From a virus, in IMG/VR virus record IMGVR_UViG_3300045412_000261, positions 1 to 64,000 of that record: a DNA stretch of 64,000 bases; one strand, 5' to 3'. Positions 48,468 through 56,907 of this stretch are shown here, in pieces. The notes beneath the pieces were generated by a model that saw only the letters and a program-made list of their open reading frames with translations, was not told the origin of the DNA and made no database searches. The position numbers were made by a program, and so were the translations under genes. The stretch's first letter is position 1. Every line of letters starts with the position of its first letter.

Positions 48468-49040
48468 TTATGCGTCTACTTTACCTGTAACAACTACTTT
48501 ATTTTTAACAGGTTCCATAACTGCGTAATCATAAGTAATCGTTAAATCTAACATATTCAAGTCATCTGAAGACAAATCCATGTTACCCCATTTAGCATCT
48601 GCTACAAAAGAGCCATATAATGTGAATGTGTCTGCTACATCTCCATGAGGAGTAAGAGCTTGAAATGTTAAAGTCCTTTTATACTCGTGAATAAATCCAT
48701 CCTCGCCAGGAGTTAACAAACCAGGCGCTCTTCCAGCAGGAAGTTGGATTAATCCTGAATTGTGATGAAATAAACTTATCCAATCATGTAATAATTTAGC
48801 ACCATTAACTTCAATAGGATCATACAAAGTTACAGAAATATCCTGCCACCTGGATTTACCTTTTACTTTAAACTCTGTATTTACATAATCTACAGTTACA
48901 GGATTTTGATCTATAGAAGGTCTGTCTGCTGTTTTAACCATATAAGTAGGGATAGGTACTCCGACGTTAGTCAGGTAGAGTACATATCTCATCTGCTGTT
49001 TAGGGTTAAAATATTCAAATGGTTTATATTCGAATGCCAT
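48468..49040 (-). CDS. tail tube protein (gp19-like), paralogue 1
   Basis: Directly after the sheath gene; KGKSRWQDISVTLYDPI and WGNMD...YDYA. Confidence 0.85.
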   Translation of the reverse strand: MAFEYKPFEYFNPKQQMRYVLYLTNVGVPIPTYMVKTADRPSIDQNPVTVDYVNTEFKVKGKSRWQDISVTLYDPIEVNGAKLLHDWISLFHHNSGLIQLPAGRAPGLLTPGEDGFIHEYKRTLTFQALTPHGDVADTFTLYGSFVADAKWGNMDLSSDDLNMLDLTITYDYAVMEPVKNKVVVTGKVDA

Positions 49041-49060
49041 TTTATATTATTTTATTTTGT

Positions 49061-50923
49061 TTATTCTGTATCACCAGGGAAAGAAGCTCCCGTAGGTAAT
49101 ACAAAGAAATCTAAGATTATGAATTCCGCAGTTCTAGTCGGTTTTAAATAAATAGCACCTCTTAGCTCATTTCTGTCAAGAACGTCAGGAGTATTATTGG
49201 ATTCATCCATAATTACTCTAAAATCATATAAACCTTGATTCCTTCTAACGCTTTCTAAATAAGGCTCAACAATACTTAAGAATCTAAGTCTTGTCTCTTT
49301 CGTATTTTGTTCAAATACTAAATACCTAGAAGATGATGCAATGAATTTTTTAGAAGCAATTAATAATCTCCTTACGTTAATCCTATCAAGTGCAGATCTT
49401 TTCTTTTGTAAAGTTTTCTGTCCCCATACAACTACTCCTTCTCTTGGATAAGTAGCAATAGGATTAATATTGTATGTGTAAAGTCTATCTCTGTCCGCTA
49501 ATGTTAATTTACGCTCTGCCTGTAAAGCTACATCAATTGCACCTCTATTTAAACCAGCAGGAGCATACCAAGGGAATTGTACATAGTCGTTGAATGCAAT
49601 AACTCCAGATACTACCGTAGAAGGTGGGACCCATACGTTTCTTCCTAAGTCAGCATCAGCTATTTGAACCCATGGATAGTAGTAAGCAGCATAAGAAGTA
49701 TTTCTTGCTAAAGCTGCATTTATAGCTTGTCCAATAGTGTCGCCATATTTAGTAGGATCAATTACCATGAAAATATCTCCTCTATTTTCAACCATGGCAA
49801 TTGCTTTTGTTATAATTTCTCCATGTTGTTCTCCTACGCCATCAATAATTCCGGGCATAAGTAGCATGTTGATATCATATTCATCAGCATTAGCTAGAAT
49901 GTCAATAGCATCTTTATACGCAGTTGAACCAGAAGCTCCTCCCGCTAAATCATCTAAATTGAATCCTTGGCTATTTTGTCCGTTAATTTTATCAAAGAAT
50001 GTTCTAGGATGTTTTACATATCCATCAGAACCCCCAGAAAAAGTACCGGATACAGCAGCAGGTAAACTACTAGAGAAAGCAGGAACTCTGATTTGTCCGT
50101 TTTCATTTAGGTAGTTATAGTTTTCTTTAAATACATCTACTCGGATATATCTTGATCTGTTAGGGAAAGATCCACTTAATTGTAAGAAAGGGATGCCATC
50201 AGAATCATATCTTAGAGTATAAAGTTGGTCCCCGATAACTCTACCAATATAGTTGGTATCGTTAGGGTCCAAAGTTAAATCATTATACTGCTCTACAATT
50301 ACTTTTCTATTGTGTCTATCATCTCCTCTCCTTATGTATAAATCGAAAGTACCTAAATCAGTATTAACATCTCTTACTTCCCATCTCAAATTTTCTCTGT
50401 TACCTATGTTTAGTACACCTCCTGTAGTATCATCCGCAGGACTTCCAATACCGTTATTAGAAGCAATAGAGGTTAAAGAGGAGTTACCAAAATTACCAGG
50501 AGAAACTAAGGTTAATTTAAAAGTTTGTTGGCCAGCTGAAAAGTAAGATCCTGTTAAATTAGACTTTATTCCCGCAGGAGCAGATGCATAAGCTCCTCTA
50601 GTTACTACATTTGAACTAGCATATTCATAATCACCGGCAAGAACTCTTACTACGGTTAAATTTTCTGCATATCTCAAATATTCTTGTGCTACATAGTCCG
50701 TTAAGAACTTGTATTGTCTTTCAGATGTACCAGAACCTGAACTAAAAGGTCCTCCGAAAGCTCTTAAGTATTCCTCATAAGAGGAAATGGTGGTAGGAAC
50801 GAATGCAGGACCTTTTAATGTAGGGCCAACAACCGCTGCTCCAATGGCTTGTATTTCTAAGGGGAGAAAACTCAGGTCTTTTTCTCTAGTAAATACGCCA
50901 GGACTGACTATTCTTTCTGCCAT
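49061..50923 (-). CDS. tail sheath protein (gp18-like)
   Basis: SPGVFTREKD, YYPWV, WVPPS, WYAPAGLNRG, INPI, WGQKTL, RINVRRL, FEQN and P.RTAEFI. Confidence 0.95.
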   Translation of the reverse strand: MAERIVSPGVFTREKDLSFLPLEIQAIGAAVVGPTLKGPAFVPTTISSYEEYLRAFGGPFSSGSGTSERQYKFLTDYVAQEYLRYAENLTVVRVLAGDYEYASSNVVTRGAYASAPAGIKSNLTGSYFSAGQQTFKLTLVSPGNFGNSSLTSIASNNGIGSPADDTTGGVLNIGNRENLRWEVRDVNTDLGTFDLYIRRGDDRHNRKVIVEQYNDLTLDPNDTNYIGRVIGDQLYTLRYDSDGIPFLQLSGSFPNRSRYIRVDVFKENYNYLNENGQIRVPAFSSSLPAAVSGTFSGGSDGYVKHPRTFFDKINGQNSQGFNLDDLAGGASGSTAYKDAIDILANADEYDINMLLMPGIIDGVGEQHGEIITKAIAMVENRGDIFMVIDPTKYGDTIGQAINAALARNTSYAAYYYPWVQIADADLGRNVWVPPSTVVSGVIAFNDYVQFPWYAPAGLNRGAIDVALQAERKLTLADRDRLYTYNINPIATYPREGVVVWGQKTLQKKRSALDRINVRRLLIASKKFIASSSRYLVFEQNTKETRLRFLSIVEPYLESVRRNQGLYDFRVIMDESNNTPDVLDRNELRGAIYLKPTRTAEFIILDFFVLPTGASFPGDTE

Positions 50924-51025
50924 TTTTTTGTTTTTGTCAATTAAATATTATATAAAGAATTATTAATAAATTCTCATTTGTTATAAATATGTTTTAAAAA
51001 TCTCAAACATTAAAAAAACATAAAA

Positions 51026-51802
51026 TTAGAATAATCTTTCTGACATGTTTACTTTTTTTATTGCAAATGATTTTTCAATTGATGTTTTTCTTTCTACAAA
51101 TGCCGGCATAAGAGTAGCTAATACCCTTAATCTTGTAGATGCTTTTACAATTCTCTCTTGCTTTGATATATTAACAGTTGAAAACGAAAAATCTTCTATA
51201 TTGGTGACAAATTGATAATCATTACCCCAAACAAAATTATTGACCGGAATAAACATCTCGACTACTTTATTCAACTGCTCATTAAAATCTGTCCAAATAT
51301 TTAAATCATAATATACATAATAATATTCAGGTATAAGAGATACATATATTTCTTTTTTTGGTGATTCTAAATCACCTCTATTAGCAAAAGCATATCTATC
51401 TGCTGTTTGTGTATATCCCTGCCTATAATAAACTCTGCTAGAAACTCTGTTATTTACATCTAATTTAGCAAAATCCTTATATTCTTCCATTCTTACCCTA
51501 GATAATGTAATAACAGGGCATAGAAGTTTATTTTTTTCATCTCGCATAAAACCATTTGATTGAATTTGAGACCATAATTCTCCGCTTCCATACATCACAG
51601 GAACATCTATCATTCTGTCTCTGTCTTGAACTTCAGGTTTGATAGAATGTCTAATGTAATGAAGTATAGAATAATCTACATCATATATTGTAATTTCAGG
51701 AATTTTAATGTAATCATCATCCTGCCTATTTTGCTCCGCCCTATTTACTTGATTTCTATATAATTGCTTATATACAGTAGGATTTATCGTAGATTTAGCC
51801 AT
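51026..51802 (-). CDS. tail terminator / sheath stabiliser (gp15-like)
   Basis: Position; VPVMYG..E.W, P.ITL.R and P....YYDL.IWT...EQLN. Confidence 0.65.
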   Translation of the reverse strand: MAKSTINPTVYKQLYRNQVNRAEQNRQDDDYIKIPEITIYDVDYSILHYIRHSIKPEVQDRDRMIDVPVMYGSGELWSQIQSNGFMRDEKNKLLCPVITLSRVRMEEYKDFAKLDVNNRVSSRVYYRQGYTQTADRYAFANRGDLESPKKEIYVSLIPEYYYVYYDLNIWTDFNEQLNKVVEMFIPVNNFVWGNDYQFVTNIEDFSFSTVNISKQERIVKASTRLRVLATLMPAFVERKTSIEKSFAIKKVNMSERLF

Positions 51803-51803
51803 T

Positions 51804-52340
51804 TTAATATTTATTTAGTTCATCATACGCATCATTAATTCCAGACCTGTAATCAGTAGTTGTAAGATTTGTTTTCCTACTTAAATGTGCTTGTGCTATA
51901 ACAGATATATTATAACCAAACTCAGATTCTTCTCCTAATACGTGAGGTATATATGTTTCGGGATTTCTACCAAACCAAGCATTATCAGAGAATACATTAT
52001 TCAGTTCATAAAAATCCATATCAAAAAAAACATAATCTCCAGGTTCTATAACTAAATCTCGTTCTAATAAATCATCTCTCAAAAAATAAAATGTAGCGTC
52101 TCTTTCAAAATCTAATCCAAAATCAGTATCTATAGTTTCTTTTGTTCCTCTTTTTACTATGCAATTTAATCTAGTAGCGTTATAGAAAACTTTACTAGGG
52201 GCTTCTCTATATATGTTTTCTCTAGTATCCTCTCTAGATAATTTATAAAGTTCGACCTCTAAGGCCATTACTTTATTTACTCTTTCCCTATTTATACTCC
52301 TAACTAAAGAAGCGTCTCTACCACTACCAAATAGCGCCAT
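51804..52340 (-). CDS. neck / head-closure protein (gp14-like)
   Basis: Position between gp13-like and gp15-like genes; NIY.EA..K.F and EPGD. Confidence 0.65.
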   Translation of the reverse strand: MALFGSGRDASLVRSINRERVNKVMALEVELYKLSREDTRENIYREAPSKVFYNATRLNCIVKRGTKETIDTDFGLDFERDATFYFLRDDLLERDLVIEPGDYVFFDMDFYELNNVFSDNAWFGRNPETYIPHVLGEESEFGYNISVIAQAHLSRKTNLTTTDYRSGINDAYDELNKY

Positions 52341-53500
52341 TATCCTATGTATATTTTAAGTGGAATAACTCCTAAAAATTTCTCATGAGCTTCAGATTCT
52401 GCCATTTTTCTCTCTAATTGCGATTGACGACTAAATTGATCTAGCTCTATTCTAAGTACATCTATTAACTTTTGCTTTTCCTCATTTACCGAATACATTA
52501 AATCTTCGGTATTTAATACAATTTCGTCCTCTAATCCCGGAAGTGTCTTATATTTTCCTCTAACATAAGCTAACATTTCTTTTGATAAAACTAATGTGTA
52601 TTTTCTTATCCATTGTTTACCTATGTCATTTATACTCGAGTAAGGCAAGGTAAAATAAGGTATAGTAGCATGGCTATTTATTTTACCAGTGCCTCCCCTA
52701 TTTGCATTTTTATATTCTGAATCTAAAGTGTACTCAAACCAAATTTTATATTCTTTTGCAGGAGTTGGGAATATTCTAATTCTATTATTTATTATCTCAA
52801 AGCCATACGCTGATTTCCTTATCTGATCATTAAATTCTATGGCCTGCATTCTAAGAATGTCGTGATGTAAAGGCATTAATAAGAAATTCACTCCAGGGCT
52901 ATAATTACCGAATCCAAATTGATCTAGCAAATTTTGAGTACCTAAGCCTGTACCTACGAATGGATCAAAATATTTAACAATAGCAGGTGGAGCATTATGG
53001 AACATTTTTCTTATTACGAACTTGTCTGTAGCGGGATTCCCAGATTCTAATGATACTCTATTTGAATCTAATAAACTATAAACTTGTTTTCCTTCTTTTA
53101 CGAGTATAGAACCAGTATAAAAAGTTGTTTTACCTCCCACTCCGACTTCTGTTCCGTATTCAGAAGCTATTTCTAAAACTCCGGCTATTGAGTTGGTAAC
53201 TAACTCTTTTTCTAATCTAAGAGATCCGGTATTGAATCCCATTAAACCTAATATATTATCTTTTGCAGAATGAGCGTTGACTTGATTACTATATTCGGAA
53301 ATAGCCTCTTCGAAAGCAGTATAAAAATTGATATCTTGTAATTCGACATCAGTAAGCGGGTATCCCAATCTCCTAGCACACCATACAGCAACTTTAGGAG
53401 CATCTTTTTGAAAATTGGTATCTCTGTCAAATATTCCGAAAGGCGTAGATCCAGATACTGCGCTACCACTTCCAGGCCAAATAGGTATATGAACTGTCAT
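52340..53500 (-). CDS. neck protein (gp13-like)
   Basis: RRLGYP..DVEL, WIRKYTL.LSKEML..VRGKY and terminal PL.IYIG. Confidence 0.8.
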   Translation of the reverse strand: MTVHIPIWPGSGSAVSGSTPFGIFDRDTNFQKDAPKVAVWCARRLGYPLTDVELQDINFYTAFEEAISEYSNQVNAHSAKDNILGLMGFNTGSLRLEKELVTNSIAGVLEIASEYGTEVGVGGKTTFYTGSILVKEGKQVYSLLDSNRVSLESGNPATDKFVIRKMFHNAPPAIVKYFDPFVGTGLGTQNLLDQFGFGNYSPGVNFLLMPLHHDILRMQAIEFNDQIRKSAYGFEIINNRIRIFPTPAKEYKIWFEYTLDSEYKNANRGGTGKINSHATIPYFTLPYSSINDIGKQWIRKYTLVLSKEMLAYVRGKYKTLPGLEDEIVLNTEDLMYSVNEEKQKLIDVLRIELDQFSRQSQLERKMAESEAHEKFLGVIPLKIYIG

Positions 53501-53546
53501 CTGCTTTTTACAATAAATAGTATTAAATCAGTCTTTTATTGCAATT

Positions 53547-55829
53547 TTAATACACTTGTCTTATAAAGGATACTAGTACATATCTAACTCCGGATATCAC
53601 AGGTCTAGCTCCATGTCTATGTGTTATTTGTCCAGGATGGATTGTTAATTCACCTATTTCTCCTTTAACTAACTTCTTTTGTTTTGAGAACCAAGTACCT
53701 CCTCCTTCGTATGCATCGTTTAGCGTTAACACAGTAGAAAATGCAGAATCGTCATGGTGTAAAGATAAATGTCCTTGATTTTCCGGTGTGTATTTTATAA
53801 TAAAGTTTTCCGAACTAAATTTTTTCCATTTATCTCCAGTAAGTACAAAATTAGATTTTACGAGGGGATATATGTAAGTATTTAAAAACATGTCATAAGC
53901 ATCATGTAATTGAAATTCATTGATTAACATGTCATGCGTTGGATAATAATAATGTCTATCTTTTGTCCATTTTCCGCACTCTTCTGCTAATCTTATAACT
54001 TCATTGCAAAATTCTTTTTTAAATGCGTGTAAATGTAAGACATCAGGTATAGGTTCGTCTACAATTAAATCATATTCTTTATTCTTTAATGCAGGATTGA
54101 TGTACATTGAAGACCATTTGTCTATGTCTTTTATTAGATAGATATTAGATGCAAATGAATTATTAGATGTTTTACTTGTTTTGGAATTACTTGTTTGACT
54201 TACTATACATTCTTTTAGACTGTATGCATTTATGTCTTTCCATATAAAATTTAAATCATTTCTTTCATTGTTATTTGAATATGTAGATGCTAAGAAATCA
54301 TCTAATGGTAAGATGTATTTTTCAAAGTTCTGTTCTAATATTCTTTCTATACCTAATTTTGATAACATGTAGGCATGAGATAACCATGAGTATCCCGGGG
54401 ATGTGTATATGGAGTTTGGTATGTCTTTGTCCCCGCCTAATTTTTGCCTACCGAGATATAAAAGACCCCAATCATATAAATCAATTTTTTCCGCGGGGAA
54501 CTCTACATCTACTTTAAAATCATCCTCCAAAATTAAAATAGATCCATAATTTTTCTTTTTAGCATCTTTCCATATAGATAAATGAGATAAAGCACATCCA
54601 ATCTCCCCGGGTAGTATATTCCGGTTATAATATGAATTACTGTGATTATTTATTTTCCAATCCTTATATAAAGACCAATCAAAATCTACTTTAGGATTTC
54701 TACCATCTACGGCCTTAAACAAATGAAATTCACCTGGTATAATACCTAACTTATTAAATTCGGAGGTGTATTTACTAATAGCTTCATCAGATACGTCAAA
54801 AGTAATTACATAGACAGCATCTATCTTTAATTTATTTTCCATGACATTATTATTTATAAAATTTTTAGCAATATTTAAAGGATTAAAAGCATCATATACA
54901 TTTAATTTAGATGTATTAGGATTAGTAAGCATTCTAAAATTATCATTCGACAATACACATGACAACCATGAATCAAAATCAATATAATCAAATATAGTCT
55001 CTTTCAATCCCGCTCTTAATCTTGTTATAGGAATCAATCCCAACATCTGCATTTCTACAGCTGACACACAAAATGTTTCATCGTAATTCGAAGGATATAA
55101 CCAATATTTTTTATTACTAGCAAAAGATATCAAATCACTCTTTTTCATGCAACCATAATAATATACATTTTTATACGTTGTAGTAACATGAGAGAAATGA
55201 CTATTATAAAACTCTTCTCCGTATTTAGGTGTAAGGATATACAGACATGATTGAGGTCTGTGATATAAAATCTGCCTCCAATGTGTTAAAATTTCTCTTA
55301 ATCCTCTTTCTGCATGTGATATATAAATGTAAGAATCTTGAATTTTAAATTTATCCGACTTTTCTATATGTTTTACCGCATTATATAAAACAATAGATGG
55401 AATGTTGGGAAAATGATTATCAAATTCTTTTTTATGATAATTAGATACGCAAATAACACTTTTAAACTTAGGATGATTAAATACCCTATCTTGTAATTCT
55501 GGTATATTATTTCCTTTGTAAAAATTATAGAAAAAAGGATCTGTGTTATGTATCCAAAAATAAGACTCATCGTAGCTAGTATCTGATATTAAGTCGATAT
55601 AATGCGTGTAATTTAGAGAAATTAATATGTCTGCTTGTAAATTATAGTCTTTTGTGTAAATAACTCCATTTAAGGCGTTCTCACGAACGATATCCCCTGT
55701 TATGAATACAGTATGCCCTAGGGACGATAAAGCCTCGGAGAAGTAACGTAAAGCCCATTCAGTGCCGGCGAAGTCATCTCCGCTGGCGTTAAAATTTGAG
55801 TAGTATCCAATATAAAACTTAATTGTCAT
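53547..55829 (-). CDS. trifunctional GT4 + GT25 (COLGALT-like) + PLOD-like 2OG-Fe(II) lysyl hydroxylase
   Basis: GT4: AGTE, ERGL, YPSNYDETFCVSAVEMQ. GT25: AVDG, GEIGCALSH..IW, ILEDD, W.LLYLGR, HAYMLS, LPLDDFL. PLOD: P.PDV, FC.E.I, PT.D, F.IKY.P..Q..L..HHD.S, YEGGG, HPGQITH.H, G.RY.LVSF. Confidence 0.85.
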   Translation of the reverse strand: MTIKFYIGYYSNFNASGDDFAGTEWALRYFSEALSSLGHTVFITGDIVRENALNGVIYTKDYNLQADILISLNYTHYIDLISDTSYDESYFWIHNTDPFFYNFYKGNNIPELQDRVFNHPKFKSVICVSNYHKKEFDNHFPNIPSIVLYNAVKHIEKSDKFKIQDSYIYISHAERGLREILTHWRQILYHRPQSCLYILTPKYGEEFYNSHFSHVTTTYKNVYYYGCMKKSDLISFASNKKYWLYPSNYDETFCVSAVEMQMLGLIPITRLRAGLKETIFDYIDFDSWLSCVLSNDNFRMLTNPNTSKLNVYDAFNPLNIAKNFINNNVMENKLKIDAVYVITFDVSDEAISKYTSEFNKLGIIPGEFHLFKAVDGRNPKVDFDWSLYKDWKINNHSNSYYNRNILPGEIGCALSHLSIWKDAKKKNYGSILILEDDFKVDVEFPAEKIDLYDWGLLYLGRQKLGGDKDIPNSIYTSPGYSWLSHAYMLSKLGIERILEQNFEKYILPLDDFLASTYSNNNERNDLNFIWKDINAYSLKECIVSQTSNSKTSKTSNNSFASNIYLIKDIDKWSSMYINPALKNKEYDLIVDEPIPDVLHLHAFKKEFCNEVIRLAEECGKWTKDRHYYYPTHDMLINEFQLHDAYDMFLNTYIYPLVKSNFVLTGDKWKKFSSENFIIKYTPENQGHLSLHHDDSAFSTVLTLNDAYEGGGTWFSKQKKLVKGEIGELTIHPGQITHRHGARPVISGVRYVLVSFIRQVY

Positions 55830-55836
55830 ATATACT

Positions 55837-56502
55837 TCAAAATGAATTAGGGTATAAATACTTGAATATATCGTCTAATGCTTCATGTCTATGGTTTGTA
55901 GAAAGAGTAACACAATTTACATACTTACTTTGATTTATTATAGGCACAAATTTAATTGCTGATTGATCTCTATTCCTTAAATCTATTTGATTCTCATCTC
56001 CTGTAAAAATCATAATTGTATTTTTACCTAGACGGCTTATACACATAGATAATTGTTCTTTGGTTAAATTTTGAAATTCATCTATAATACAAACAGCGTC
56101 ATCAAAAGTTCTACCTCTAAAGTGTGCTAAAGAGACTAATTCTACAGATTTATCAGAGTATAGCCTTTCCACAGCAGATTGTTTTGCATAGGCTTTAGAT
56201 ATATTGTCTTTAATAGGGACTATCCATGGTTCTAACTTCTCTTCAAAAGTTCCTGGTAGAAATCCCATTTCTTCCGTAGCTACCATAGGTCTTGTGATAA
56301 CTATTCTATTTATTTCTTTTCTAAAAAACTTATCTAATGCTATTTGAGTCGCTAACAATGTTTTTCCACTTCCTGGTTTTCCAAAAACAAAATTAACTGG
56401 ATGAGTTAAAATTTTTTCTTTTGCTTCTTTTTGATCGTTAGATAATTGAATGTCAAACTTTACCGGATTTTTAGGTACCCTCTTTTCTGTGTTTTCGGCC
56501 AT
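55837..56502 (-). CDS. phoH: PhoH-family ATPase
   Basis: GKPGSGKT, ITRP, GFLPG, RGRTF, IDEFQN and GD..QIDL. Confidence 0.95.
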   Translation of the reverse strand: MAENTEKRVPKNPVKFDIQLSNDQKEAKEKILTHPVNFVFGKPGSGKTLLATQIALDKFFRKEINRIVITRPMVATEEMGFLPGTFEEKLEPWIVPIKDNISKAYAKQSAVERLYSDKSVELVSLAHFRGRTFDDAVCIIDEFQNLTKEQLSMCISRLGKNTIMIFTGDENQIDLRNRDQSAIKFVPIINQSKYVNCVTLSTNHRHEALDDIFKYLYPNSF

Positions 56503-56530
56503 TTAGTTTATAATAAATACGTTTTATTAA

Positions 56531-56797
56531 TTAGTATTTGCTAATGTATTGACCGTCTTTTTTTACAGCCGGAGATCTTTTTAATTTAATGTAGGGATCA
56601 TCAATTGTTTTGTGAATATAAACATAATTAATATTCGATAAAAATTTTTCAAGTAATGCTTTTTCACTTGATAAAACATTTATTTTTTGATTTATGTAGA
56701 CCTCTTTGTCCGGATTTTCTATTAATGCTTTTTCTAAATCCTTGATTTTTTCATCAATTTTTTTTAAATCTTTAATTTTTCTGTTTACGTTAGTCAT
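56531..56797 (-). CDS. hypothetical protein
   Basis: 88-aa coiled-coil ORF. Confidence 0.5.
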   Translation of the reverse strand: MTNVNRKIKDLKKIDEKIKDLEKALIENPDKEVYINQKINVLSSEKALLEKFLSNINYVYIHKTIDDPYIKLKRSPAVKKDGQYISKY

Positions 56798-56842
56798 ATT
56801 TTTTATTTTTTAAAACATTTTAGATACGTAATAAGTTTAACG

Positions 56843-56876
56843 AAAATAAAAAAGCGGAGCTTTTTTGAAGCCCCGC
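56843..56876 (-). terminator. intrinsic terminator after the major capsid gene
   Basis: - strand GCGGGGCTT-CAAAA-AAGCTCCGC followed by TTTTTTATTTT. Confidence 0.85.
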
Positions 56877-56907
56877 CATATACAAAATAATTATGATAAT
56901 TTATAGA

